A stretch of DNA of 63,371 nucleotides, the filler included, from Reticulomyxa filosa (taxonomy: Eukaryota; Protista; Foraminifera), in NCBI GenBank assembly GCA_000512085.1. It is 22 parts of 22 records of this genome, joined end to end, with 100 filler letters (N's around TTAATTAATTAA, not from the genome) between each part and the next. Parts side by side here need not be neighbours in the genome. Positions count along the whole stretch, not along the records: positions 40,690 to 41,802 come from ASPP01010418.1; positions 41,903 to 42,941 come from ASPP01021351.1; positions 43,042 to 46,388 come from ASPP01019947.1; positions 46,489 to 47,665 come from ASPP01017459.1; positions 47,766 to 49,368 come from ASPP01009939.1; positions 49,469 to 50,751 come from ASPP01039958.1; positions 50,852 to 55,198 come from ASPP01027174.1; 15 more parts are not named here. One strand, written 5' to 3'. The translations under genes were made by a program, and so were the position numbers. Under the pieces are notes generated by a model. It made no database searches and was not told the origin of the DNA. It saw nothing but the letters and a program-made list of their open reading frames with translations. Every line of letters starts with the position of its first letter. Position 1 is the first letter of the stretch. This document shows, in pieces, positions 41,631-54,299 of the stretch.

Positions 41631-41758
41631 TGGGAGGAGAAAATTCTTTCCGAAGGGATGCCAAAATGTACTTATGCGTAGGAAAGCCGAGGCTACGATT
41701 CAACGATAATTTTTTTTTTTCAGGATGGACATTTTGTTGGTCACGTGACCTTTCGTTC

Positions 41759-41793
<35 letters not shown>

Positions 41794-41933
41794 GGGGGGG
41801 GGNNNNNNNNNNNNNNNNNNNNNNNNNNNNNNNNNNNNNNNNNNNNTTAATTAATTAANNNNNNNNNNNNNNNNNNNNNNNNNNNNNNNNNNNNNNNNNN
41901 NNTTTTTTTGAAAATAAAAAATTTTTGATAAAA

Positions 41934-41965
<32 letters not shown>

Positions 41966-41969
41966 GCTA

Positions 41970-42428
41970 TTTCTCCAAACCGTTGATTTTGATAAATACG
42001 CGAAATTTCTTGTTACTTGATTTTAGTTCCTCCACTTTGTCGTTCCTCTCTTTGGTCCTGCCAATGTAATCGGTGTACACTTTTAGGTAGGGAATAAAGG
42101 CTTGCATTGTCTTGCCTAAACCGTCCCTTAATGCTTCTCTACCTTCCATTCGGAGTGCTAACAAGTCCGCATATAAATTACTATTTGCAGTGTACAAAAT
42201 CTCAATGTTCCCAAATATCGCCAAGATATCCTCTTCTTCGATAATTGGCTTCTTCAATTTTATATGCACTTGCAAACGCTGAAAAAAGGTTTCATATACC
42301 CACCGCAATTTGTCTTCCACGAAAACTTTCTCAGAAGTCAAGAAGGTTTCACTAGCATCTAATGTGTTCTTAATTATTGTCTTTTTTGCTTGAACAAGAT
42401 TTTTAGGACTAAGCACTTCTGACATCAT
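41970..42428 (-). CDS. RhoGEF (Dbl-homology) protein, first exon, 3'-truncated
   Basis: FLTSEKVFVEDKL...IFGNIEILY...LGKTMQAFIPYLKVYTDYI matches DH-domain conserved regions. Confidence 0.88.
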
Positions 42429-43041
42429 CTCATTTCGAGATTGAATTTTTCAAATATGTAAGACCCCTTAGGGTAGTTAACAACTTTTTTAGATTGGTAC
42501 ACCATTTATTATATACTTCTTCTTGAGAAAGGAAAATAAATGAAAAAAATCAGTTTGTAAACGTAATACAAAGTGCCTATCACTTGAGAAATTTTTAGTA
42601 GAAAAACAATTAAATAGACAAACAAAACCAAATGTCAGAAAGAAGTAATTTTTTGGTTTTAAAGCTATACGTGTTTTGTCACATATTTTAAAATTAATTT
42701 AGTTTTTATTGAAGTTGTTAAAAAGTGACTTGTCTTGATACAATTGTGTTTTTGATATATTTCAATTTCAAAAGAGCATTTGTTGTAAAAAATCAAAAAC
42801 AAAAAACTTTTTTTTTAGAAAGATTATATAAATTATTGAGCTTTTTTTACTCTCTGGTTCCAATATGCCACAAAAAAGTCGGAGAATTGAGGAAATACCA
42901 ATCAGTAGCAGTAGTAAGAAACTGACAACAAAGGAGTTGTANNNNNNNNNNNNNNNNNNNNNNNNNNNNNNNNNNNNNNNNNNNNTTAATTAATTAANNN
43001 NNNNNNNNNNNNNNNNNNNNNNNNNNNNNNNNNNNNNNNNN

Positions 43042-44520
43042 TTTGAGATTTACCGTGATGGTTCGCTCAATAGCAATATATGGTCCAACAAATTTTGTTA
43101 ATATCTTTGATTTATTTCAGACTCTTTGATCTCATACAAATAATAACATTTTCTACAACTTTAAAATTATAATTATACTTATTATTATTTTCAAATTTTG
43201 TTAGTTTCATGTTATAGATATTCTGTGCTTTTGCAAAGATTCTTGTATCCAATAACATATTCATAACTAATGCCAACTTCTTTTCATAACGCGACTGAAT
43301 GCTTTTTCAATTTGGTTTATAATAGTGGCACGGCTTGTATTTTGTAAATTATCGTTTGCTGTGGTATTTCCATGTTTTTTGCAATGAGTTCTGTTAATCA
43401 CAACAAGCTTTTCGACTGACTCCAAACTATTGGTGTTTCTGGACAAAAATCTGATATACAATTTTCGCTTTCCGAAAAATACATGGCCTCGAATGAGAAT
43501 TCACTAAATGATAATGTCCAATGGTGAGCCTATTATTTATTTGCTTATCTGATAGTACAAATAGTGATGATAAGTTTTTGTGGTGAATATACGCAATAAA
43601 CTTACGTAATAGTAAATAATGCCTCTATTTTTGAATCGCATATATCAATATATAGATTTCTTTTCCGACTTATGCCAATTTAGTTGATTGGCGTCAAATT
43701 GTTTGGAAATAAATTCGATTGGTACTGAATTCTGTAGTGATTTTGCAATAGTGTTGCGCCTACCGCTTCATTGGATGCATTGGACGATAAATGGTTCGTC
43801 TTGCTTTAGATGTCGCAGTAATTGAACGTGTGAAATTTCATGTTTCAATTTTTCAAATGCTTTGTCGTGTATTTCATTACAATCCATTTTGAATTTTTTT
43901 GGCGTAATTTAGTCAAATTTACAATCAATGTGGCTAAATTTGGTATGAATTTGGCTGTCAATTGCACTAAACCCAGCAATCTTTCCAGTTGCTTTTTTTG
44001 TTTTATGTTTTGGTATATTCAAAATCTTTTAATATAGCTTGAGTTTGCATATAAACGTCGACGTTGTCCATATCACCGAATAGAAATATCATTATGCGTT
44101 GGAATGTGGCTGAAGCATTTGTAAATCCAAATCACATATGGCTACATTCGTATAAACCGTTTGTAGTGATGAACGCAATTTTATCGTGACTTTTTCTCTG
44201 ATATGTACATGCAAATACGCCGATCTGACATTAAATTTTGAAAATATTCTTTTGTGTGCTAATTTTTTTAATAAATCGTTCATATTTGCAAGAGGCTATT
44301 CATCACGTACTGTTGCTTGGTTTAATCTTCAATAGTCGACACACATACTTAAAGTTCCATTTTCTTATTTACTGACAAGAATGCCACTACAAATTCTTCC
44401 TTATGATGCCTTCTTTTTCCAAATCAATAACTTGAAGTATCATTTCATCTTGGTACGCTTGGTTTATATTTAAAAGAGATACTATTAACAATTGTGGTCG
44501 ATCGCAATTTAAAATGAATC
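43042..44520 (-). mobile_element. Decayed Ty3/Gypsy pol (RT to integrase GPY/F region)
   Basis: MCVDY*RLNQATVRDE*PLANMNDLLKKL...IFSKFNVRSAYLHV...FGFTNASATFQR, and KFVGPY near 43090. Many stops and deletions. Confidence 0.88.
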
Positions 44521-44657
44521 ATATTCGATAAAATCCAGTTATTTTTACAATGTATTGTGACATCTTACAATATAACCACAAATAGGATGACAATGTTCAG
44601 TCATCACGAATTAGTATATAGACAAAAATTTCATTTATTACCTGATATCAAATTGGA

Positions 44658-44909
44658 CGCGTTATGAAAAGAAGTTGGCATTAGTTATGAATATGTTATT
44701 GGATACAAGAATCTTTGCAAAAGCACAGAATATCTATAACATGAAACTAACAAAATTTGAAAATAATAATAAGTATAATTATAATTTTAAAGTTGTAGAA
44801 AATGTTATTATTTGTATGAGATCAAAGAGTCTGAAATAAATCAAAGATATTAACAAAATTTGTTGGACCATATATTGCTATTGAGCGAACCATCACGGTA
44901 AATCTCAAA
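44658..44909 (+). repeat. 252-bp inverted copy of 43042-43293
   Basis: cgcgttatgaaaagaagttggc...cacggtaaatctcaaa is the reverse complement of tttgagatttaccgtg...cttttcataacgcg. No mismatch seen by eye. Confidence 0.92.
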
Positions 44910-45684
44910 ATAAGTAGTACCAATTGACTTTAAAAGATACAACTAATTTTTTAAAATATCTACGAATCGCGTAGTTTTTTAATATAATTTTAGTTTTTTA
45001 TTATATTTTTCTTAATTGTTTGAAAAACTTGAATTATTTTTAAACAGAATTTTTGTTTTTATAAAGAATGCTTAAATTTTAAATTTTTTTGAAATTTTTG
45101 CAGCTTTTATTGTTGTTTGATTGCTTTGTGCTTTTTATTTTTTTTATTAATTTTTTAGTCTGCATTTGCAGCTTTTATTAAAATTATTGTTTAATTCTTT
45201 TTTATTCTCCAAAATGGTTATGATAACCAAAATGATTTTTTTGCATGACCTATCTTTGTTCAAGCGCTACAAAAAAGAGCTTTATAGAGAGGCAAAAAAA
45301 TATTAAAATAAAATAAAAATATTGCAATAGAAAAAGATAGTGAAAATATATTTTGAAGGCTTTATTGAATACATGATCAACAGAAATTGAGTTCGAAAGA
45401 ACTGATGATAAAAATGACATATCAAACATAAATTACAAGAGAATTTTAAATAGATACCTTAGTGAAATTCGGTTAATGCAAATGAGGAAATGAAGAGATG
45501 ATGGTGTCATTTCAAATTTGATACCTAGGACTCAAAGAGGTTAATTGCCTGCTTACGTAACAATAGAAAAATTGATAACTTTTTACTTTAGGAAAGTAGC
45601 TTAGTTTTAAAGTTTTAAGTACGGTCTTTTTATATTTTTCCCCAATTCTTTCTTGGGCATTCTGTTTTGTCAAGCATTTCAGCA

Positions 45685-46267
45685 ATGACTTCGACATCTA
45701 GTCACGGCTTTTCGCCAGATAAAGTGGCGCAGTTTAAAGAGGCTTTTGACTTATGGAACACCAATGGCGACTCGCACTTAGATAACGACGAGATGGTAGC
45801 GGCGGTCCAAACTCTCGGCGAATACAATACAACATCACTAAAGAAAATTTTAGAAGAAGTTAAGATTTTTTTCTATTGTTTGTTTTGACGTGTTCAATCA
45901 GAAACTAGTAAATACGTACACCAAACAATAAAAAATAGGTGGACAAGAACAAAGATGGTGTTATTGATTTTGATGAGTTTTTGGGTGCCTTGTGGCAATT
46001 ACAATCAAAAAATGATGCCAGTGGATTTGGCAAAGTTAAGTTGTTGTGTTTGTTTGCTCTTTTCATTGTACTGGGTATTCAAAATTCAAAAAGGGAATAA
46101 CACGTATACTACGTAGAAAAATATACACGATTTTTTTTCGCAAATTTGTTATCTATTTTAAGATAAATAACATGAAAATTGAAAAAGGGAAATTGATTTT
46201 TTTTTTTTTTTCGTTCTTCCTCTTTTGTCTTAATGTTGTTTTTAAGTGCTTGCGAGAAAAAGATTGA
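45685..46267 (+). CDS. Calmodulin-like protein with two EF-hands (exons 45685-45858, 45939-46034; last exon uncertain)
   Basis: FKEAFDLWNTNGDSHLDNDEM and VDKNKDGVIDFDEFL loops joined in frame across intron 45859-45938. Confidence 0.88.
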
Positions 46268-46514
46268 GTGTAATATTTGCATTGAAGGAGGAGCACAAAC
46301 AAAAAGAATAAATGAAACAATGTGGTGATGTCAAATAAAACAAAACACAGCTGGTAAACAAACAAATGGAATTGATTGCCATTGAGAGNNNNNNNNNNNN
46401 NNNNNNNNNNNNNNNNNNNNNNNNNNNNNNNNTTAATTAATTAANNNNNNNNNNNNNNNNNNNNNNNNNNNNNNNNNNNNNNNNNNNNTATTTATATATT
46501 TATATATTTATGAT

Positions 46515-47197
46515 AAACACATACAATCACACATCACCTGGAACTTCGTGCATAAAATTCACGACATATCTTTCAACTATTAAGCAAGTGTTATTGTTGT
46601 TGATTAGTGTAAGAGAGGGACATACAAAGGAACAAAAAAAAAAAAAAAAAAAAAGCATTACTTGGGATGGGTGACTGAGGGGTCTTGGTAACGCGATATA
46701 GTGTTTGCAACCACTGACTAAATGTATCTGCAGAATGGAAAAGCATCATGTTTGTATGTATGTATGTGTGTGTGTGTGTGTGATATTTATATGGGCCAAC
46801 CAAAAAAAAAAAATGGAGTAAAGTGGGAAATGAAACTAAAGAAAGGCCAATGAGAAATAACGGCAATGGCCATGGGCGCATACAATTGGTCAGGCCATTC
46901 TGTGAGCGGACGGAGATTGCACTTTTTGACGCGAAACTCGTTGATTTTTTCGGACATTGTGATGATGTCGACGGGGGACAGTCGTTCCCAAAACACCAGC
47001 GCACTCCCGTACTGTTTCGTTCCGTCCGCATCGGTGAGAACGAGTCCACGCACTTCTGTTTTGCCCTCTTCCTTTCGAACTTTGGTGGGTTCGGGAAATA
47101 TGAAGTCGTACACTCTTGCAGCCAAGGGGCATCCAGGATAATCTTGTGATGGATATCTTTTATTAATTATTATTTATTTATTTATTTATTATATACA

Positions 47198-47231
<34 letters not shown>

Positions 47232-47624
47232 GATAAGGTTATAAATAATAGTGTAAGAAACCTGTCACGGATTTGAAGATCGAAATGAACGTCGGTCAAT
47301 GCATTTGGAATAAATGGCAAATTTGTGGCACTTTTGGAATGAGCTGCTTTTTCTTTATCTTTGTCGTTTTCTTTTTCCTTTTCATTTTCTTTGATTTCAG
47401 GCAGAATCATATCTTTGTGGCTTATTACTAAAAAATAATGTGCCAATCGCTTAAAGGCTTCTTCTTTTTTGTTTTGCGTTCGCGGCGATGCAAACAGCCG
47501 ATTCACATATTTGTTGGTTATAAACTGCATTCTTTCATTATATGGGCTTTCACTGTTCGCACATTCATAGGGGAAACAATATTTCTGCAATATACTGTTC
47601 ACTTCTCCGTTGCCACCATAGGAT

Positions 47625-47625
<1 letters not shown>
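46515..47625 (-). CDS. DENN-domain (Rab GEF) protein, internal fragment
   Basis: FIFP...LVLTDADGTKQYGSALVFWE (uDENN), YAPMAIAVISHWPF..TFSQWLQTLY, VERYVVNFMHEVP (cDENN). Confidence 0.88.
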
Positions 47626-47665
<40 letters not shown>

Positions 47666-47765
47666 NNNNNNNNNNNNNNNNNNNNNNNNNNNNNNNNNNN
47701 NNNNNNNNNTTAATTAATTAANNNNNNNNNNNNNNNNNNNNNNNNNNNNNNNNNNNNNNNNNNNN

Positions 47766-49290
47766 ATTGCCATTGCCATTGCTATTGCTATTGCTATTGA
47801 TAAAATAGCGGCCGTCGGCAATTGGCTCAATTTTCATCGCGACGAAATTGCGGATCTGTTGATGAGATATGACACGCTTGGACTGTTGGTCGCATTTGTT
47901 GGCGGCTACGACAATGGGTGTGAATGGAGGGGCCTCGCTGTTGTGTCGCAATGTGTCGCTCGAAACCGAGGACGTGCGATGTTTGCGAAGCAATGGCAGC
48001 TTGCTCAAGTAGTCTTGATATCTGTGTTTCGTGTACAGACCCACAGACCATATATATATATGTGTATATATATTCCAATGGACAAATATATTTGTGAGAG
48101 AGAGAGAGAGAGAGAAAATTTTAAAAAATACATTCAAACTTAAATAGCAACTGGTCCAAAGATGACGCGTCCGTCACGTCGCAAACTAACACCAAGGCGT
48201 TGACTTTTCCAAAAGCGAGTCTTCTGGAATGGCGTGGAAACCCAAGTCGATAATGTTCAATGTGACGACCAGGTCCATTTGCGCCATTCGAATTTGTATT
48301 TTGGGGTCATTCCTTTGCTCGCCTGTCATCAACATGCTTGTGTCTTGTTGTTCGTCCTCCTTTATCTCCTCAATACCATACGGTACAAAATACACTGGCG
48401 TTGTCGTCGCGGTTGTTGTTGTCGTCGTTGTCGTCGTCGTTGTCGTCGTCGTTGTCGTGGTAATCGTTTCAAATGTTCGTGTTGGGGACTTGCTCATCTC
48501 GTACTGATTCATGCTTTTTTTGGCGTCTTTCGATTGGTCATTCTTTTGCCACAAGGTTCGGTGTTTACAATGACAACAACAATCATTACCACCACCATAA
48601 TCAACATCATTTATATATGCAACAATGCACACATATTTATTTTACGTACGTATACATATGCAATACAAATAAAAGTAATGGTGATAATAATCACAATAAT
48701 AATAATACATATACATATATACATACATATACATATATGTATATGTATTATTATTATTGTCATTGTGATTATTATCAAAACAAACAAAATAAATAAATAA
48801 CTAAAATAAAAATCTCTTTGTTTGGGAGTTGACCTTTAACTTGTTCAAGTTCGTCATCAGAGGAATCAAAGATAGTAGAATCGGCAGTGAGCTGGATGGA
48901 GTGGTAGGATCCGGAGTGCACTTGATCGTCAGCGTTGGTATCGGCTAAGGTGCGTTCGCGCAATTGGATAGGAATAGTGCATTTGTATTGATACTGCTTG
49001 ATCCCAACTGATCGCTTGTATTTCCTGCTAAACACTCCCATCACAAAGCGACGAACGAGACTCGTCTTTCCAGTTCGACTTCCGCCAAGCACGATTATGG
49101 TAAACTCGTGGGCTTTGTGGTTTGCGTTTTGTTGAATGCGATATAAATCATCCGTCGTCAACGTTATACTTTCGAACCTGCACATTTTCTTTTCATTCAG
49201 CAATTCCAATGGCGACGTTTTATGTTTCAACATTTGCAAGTGCGGATTTTTCGTTTTTATTGTTAATCCACCGTTTATCCAGCCTTTATT
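47766..49290 (-). CDS. Ras-superfamily GTPase-domain protein with long insertions, multi-exon fragment
   Basis: G1 IIVLGGSRTGKTSLVRRF, G3-like TLNIIDLG, G4 PIVVAANKCD. Acidic and poly-Thr inserts between G2 and G3. Confidence 0.8.
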
Positions 49291-50134
49291 GAATACAAAT
49301 AAATGAATGAATAAATAAATAGTTGGAACCGAAAGGGTTTGAATTCCGGGTTTTTAAAAACCCGGAATNNNNNNNNNNNNNNNNNNNNNNNNNNNNNNNN
49401 NNNNNNNNNNNNTTAATTAATTAANNNNNNNNNNNNNNNNNNNNNNNNNNNNNNNNNNNNNNNNNNNNTTCTTTTTAAATTTTCAACAAATTCATGTGTC
49501 TATTCATGAATGCCCATAGGGATTCATTTTAAGGAATCTTTTTTTAGTTGTTAATTGTATATTCCTGAAAAAAGTTTTTTGCTTAAAATCAAGTAATGAT
49601 ATGTGTTGTCTTTGGCAGTGGCTTAATTTGGCATTTTTTCCAATAGATTTCCTTTGTCAACAAAAAAAATTAAATACAATTAAATTGTTTTCCAATGAAA
49701 AATAATTAATTCAAATAAGGAAGGTATTGATAAAATACCAAAATATCCGAAAAATATTAGAAAATTTCTGGTAACCTTTTGCACTGCAGATACTAATATT
49801 GCTTATTTCAAATAAACTACAAACATTTGCTATGAACTAATCTTTAATTTATACAATTTTAGACTGTAGATATCATTTAAAAAATTTCATGAATAAATTG
49901 CAAGAATTTGTAGATGTTTGCTTTAGAGATGTTTTTTTGCGGACTATGAATTAATACATTAAAATGCCAAATTAAGCCAATTATATTTTGCCAGGAAACA
50001 ATAAAGCTTTTTTGCAATAATCGATGTAAAGAAAAATAATTGATATCTATACTTAATTGAAAATTAAATGTTGTTATTTACTTTTCTTCATATGCAATCT
50101 TTTAATTTATGTAAAATGAACCACTCAAGATTGA

Positions 50135-50751
50135 TTATTCAAAATCGTCACTCGTGAGTACGTCGAATTCTCTCCTTGCCCCCGTACCACGAACATAAAT
50201 TTTGAAGGTTTCCAAGGTTTGGAGCACAAACAGTATTATTATAGGCGGGTTTATCCCTTCTGCTTCTAGCAATGCTCCTATCGCTGCTCCTGCCATTGCT
50301 CCTATCATTGCTACTGCCATTGCTCCTGCCATTGCTCCTGCCATTACTCCTCCTGCCCCTGCTGCTGCCATTGCTCCTCCTGCCATTGCTCCTCCTCCTG
50401 CCCCTGTTCCTGCTCCTCCTATAATTGCTCCTGCTATTGCTCCTCCCCCTGCTCCTGCACCTACTCCTCCTACCATTGCTCCTGCTCTTGCCCCTGCCCC
50501 TGCTCTTGCCCCTGCCCCTGCTCTTGCCATTGCTCCTACTCCTGCTCCTGCTATTGTTCCCACTCCTGCTCCTGCTATTGCTCCCACTGTTATAAAGACG
50601 ATAAGGGACCCTTCTTTTGCGGCCTTAATAGTAAAATATTTTGGAGGGAATGCTTTTTTAAAAGTCTTTTCACTCAATTCTTCTGCTAATTGTTTGTACG
50701 TATTGGGATTGTTGTGCGTTTTGAAATCCACGTCCAAACATATAGCGATGC
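50135..50751 (-). CDS. 5'-truncated protein with an expanded Gly/Ala (glycine-zipper) hydrophobic region
   Basis: About 105-aa run of GAIAG/GAMAG units from a 12-bp minisatellite (gccattgctcct), with ordinary protein sequence in frame on both sides. Confidence 0.65.
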
Positions 50752-50879
50752 NNNNNNNNNNNNNNNNNNNNNNNNNNNNNNNNNNNNNNNNNNNNTTAAT
50801 TAATTAANNNNNNNNNNNNNNNNNNNNNNNNNNNNNNNNNNNNNNNNNNNNGCGTTAGTTTTTTTTTAATTAAAAAAAA

Positions 50880-51496
50880 AAAAAATTTCAAACCTAAAAA
50901 ATGCAACAAAGCGAGTCGGAGTGGCCAATGACAAAATTCCCCAAGGAAGTGTCAAAAGGTCTAAAATGGCGAAACCAAAGTTGATCCACATTCCACCGCG
51001 CAACTCAAAGTTGTACGATACTTTCTTGTCTACGTTGCTTTCTTTAGAAACTGCTTCTATCCAATATTTGAAAAAAAAGTAGATGCGTGTCGGGACACAT
51101 AATGACAGCAATGCAGCTAAGATTGTCAGTATATCGAAGAGCACCAAACCAAATTGCATCAAAGCATTTTCTCGAAAATCTCCTCTTTTTTTTTTTTTTT
51201 TTTTGTACATATACTGTTTATATATACATATCGACATGTGCGCATGTTTGACAATGTCTTCTCTTCGTAGTCATCTTCTTCTTCTTTTTGTTTTTAATTG
51301 AGCAAATATACAACGTATAAAATCTTCCTAACTGACTATTACATCGTGCAACACTTTTTACGATCCCTGCCAGTCGCCACACTGCACAACATGCAACTAA
51401 CAGTATTGCCGCACACAGCAAGTTTATTGTCCATACAAAAATAAATTTTATTATTCGTCCCAATAACAGCAGAAACTCTTGGAATTCGTTCGCCAT
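50880..51496 (-). CDS. Multi-pass membrane protein with repeated helical units, 5' part (intron ~51325-51185)
   Basis: Repeats NLLCAAILLVACCAVWRL / FDILTILAALLSLCVPTRI / LDLLTLPWGILSLATPTRF. Confidence 0.7.
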
Positions 51497-52889
51497 AAAT
51501 TAATCTTTTTGATTGCTTGTTTCAATTTTTCCTTCTTTCTTGAATTTTTATTGGAAGATTTATCTTATATAATGTCCAAAAGGTAAAACAACTCTGCTTT
51601 TTGTGCTTGTAACTCTTTTATAGAAAAATGTATTACATGAAAAAAAAACAAACAAAAAATGCTCCAATTTTGCAAACAGTAAGATAAATTTACTTGTGTA
51701 GAAAGTCAAGACACTATTGATTATGCATCATAATTTGTAAATAGTCTTGATTGTTCAATGTTTAAAATTTTTTTGATGACAAAGAGTTCTTCAAAATTAC
51801 TTTTTTTCAAATATGCAATTAGTCCATAAATACGTTCAAGAAAAAGGTAGTAATGATTTTGTCATGATTTGTGAACAATAAAATAAAATAAAATGGATAA
51901 TTTTCCGTTGTTCATCTGATCTATCAAAAGTACAAATCAAAAACAGAATGATAAATTAATGCTACAAGCAAATTCCACTCCAGAAAAAACTAGATAAAAA
52001 ATTGGACTATGTTTACTCTGAGTAAAAATAATTTGTAGTTTCCATTTTAAAGATAATAAAAAACTTAATCTAATTTGAAAAAGCGTATATAAATTTATTA
52101 AACTATTCAAATTAATTGATGAAGACGCATAATTTACGAATTACATAGCCTTCGATGATTTAAAGAAGTCGTTTAAAAGCAATAACTTTTAATAAATATA
52201 GAATAAAACGTGTCACCAATGAAAAATGGAAAAATTATAAAAATATATTTGACTATAAACATGGAACAACAGTATCAAGTCAAATTAATACAAATATATA
52301 ATATTAAACATATTGGCAAGTGATCGCATTATATAGCAACAAACAACAATTATAACAAAAAATCCAAGCAAATTAATATAAAATGACCAAAATAAAAATA
52401 AAATTAATACGCATAATTTCATTTACTGTTGCAATTCGTTATACAGTATTTCTATATATCATAATGTTTTTCATCAACTGATTACAATGTCTAAAAAAAT
52501 GTTCAATAGCTCAATCAAATTATTTTTTTAAAATTTCTTAACATTAAAAAATAAGCTAAAACAGGGAAAATCAAAATCGAAAGATTCCACCTAACTTAAA
52601 ATTTTCTTTTTGATTTTGTCTTTTTTCACTATTTTTATTTTTTAAATAATTTTAAACAAAGTCGAACTTATGTGCATATATAAAAAAAATTTTGATCAAT
52701 TTTTCAATTGACATATGTTGTGACATCATTGAGTCACTATAACTCAATTTTAGTCTAACAATAATAATTTTTGTTTAATAACAGTAGAAGTTGCGAGGAA
52801 TACAAATATGTAATTATAATTTTTGTTGACAAATAGTTTTTAATGTGAACGCATCACAATATTGTCACATAAAATTGTATTTTCAACAT

Positions 52890-53995
52890 TATATTTTATT
52901 TGTCAAATTTCTATTTCAAATATGCAAAATCTTATTAAAAACTATAATTTAGTTTATTTTCATTTTTCCAATCTACATTAATTAAAATTGTAGTTGTAGT
53001 AATAACAATTTGCACACAGATCCTTAAAAGCATTTTCCTTTTAAGTAGATTTATTGTGATAAATGAAACTCAGGATCTAGTTAAAACTAATTTGTCGAAT
53101 ACTTAAAATCAATTTTATATAGATTTGTAAAATAGTAATTATCATGATAACAAAAGCAAAATTGAGGATACATAAAGTTAAATTTTAAAAAAATAAAAAT
53201 AATGAATAACACATTGATCTGTTTGTTTGTGTTGTTAGCAGTGCTTAAGTAATGACGATTATGAAAAAAATATTAAAATACTTTTTGTTTTTTTGCAATT
53301 GAAAAAATCAATTATTATATAAAGTGACTCTTTATGTGTTAACTTTTTTTATTTCTACTTTGCAAAGTAATCTGATATATTATCAATACTTTAATATATT
53401 TAAATATCTAGTGCTAGACTTATGAACAAACAAAATTAATGCAAGTGTGATTTATTATTGTTTTAACATATTGTTTTTTGTGTATCGAATGAGTTTTTTT
53501 TAATAAATATTTTAGTGATATATATCACAGCATATAGATTTTACTGTTGGACACCAAAAACATGTGCAAATTCAGATAATACAGAACAAATTTTAGCTCT
53601 TTTCAGTTGTAATTTTCATGGGACTTGGTATTGCAATGAAGACATTGTATTACGGACACTTTTTTTGTGATGGTATCTAGTTAAATATACAGATTATTTT
53701 CAATAATAGTGAGCTGTTGCAAAATAGTTGTTCAAGCATTAGAAAAAATTTGTTGTAGCTTTTTTGCAACAATTGCTCGATATCACTAAAAAAATCTTCA
53801 ATAGTATATTTGGATTTTTCCTTCTCATAGTATAATGTGCATATATTCAGCCAGACGCTTTTGCTCCTGGAATATTTTCAATGATTCTTTCTATTAAGTT
53901 TAGCATGATAATCATTATTTAAAATCATATAGAAAATTGATTTTAAGGATTTGACAAATTAGTTTTATACAGATCCTGAGTTTTATTTCTCACAA
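52890..53995. mobile_element. Inverted pair of family-B repeats enclosing a decayed interior (non-autonomous TIR element candidate)
   Basis: ~53065-53125 is the reverse complement of ~53930-53990. Confidence 0.55.
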
Positions 53996-54299
53996 TATAT
54001 TTTTAATTTTAAAAAATTGTGATATATTATGCATCATTATGCATATTGCGTATCATAATTCTAAAAAAAAATGCTAAATTTTCTTGTTTCAATAAAACAA
54101 GTTAAAAAATTTTGTTTCTGGAATTTAATTCTTTGAGAATGCAAACAAATGTAAATAAATTTGGCCAAAAATAATAAAGTGTAAATAATAACACAAATAC
54201 TAACAAAATGGTAAATAATCGAAACTTGATGACAACATTTTTTTATGATAGACATACAAAAAAACACACAAAAACAAAGACAATCATTTTGAAATCAGT

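Noticed and set aside
49343-49368. 26-bp perfect palindrome attccgggtttttaaaaacccggaat
   Set aside because: Sits at the very end of a contig among inflated homopolymers; likely low-quality read end.
50202-50751. Plus-strand Pro/Ala-rich 201-aa ORF
   Set aside because: Antisense shadow of the Gly/Ala minisatellite; the minus frame has more protein-like flanks.
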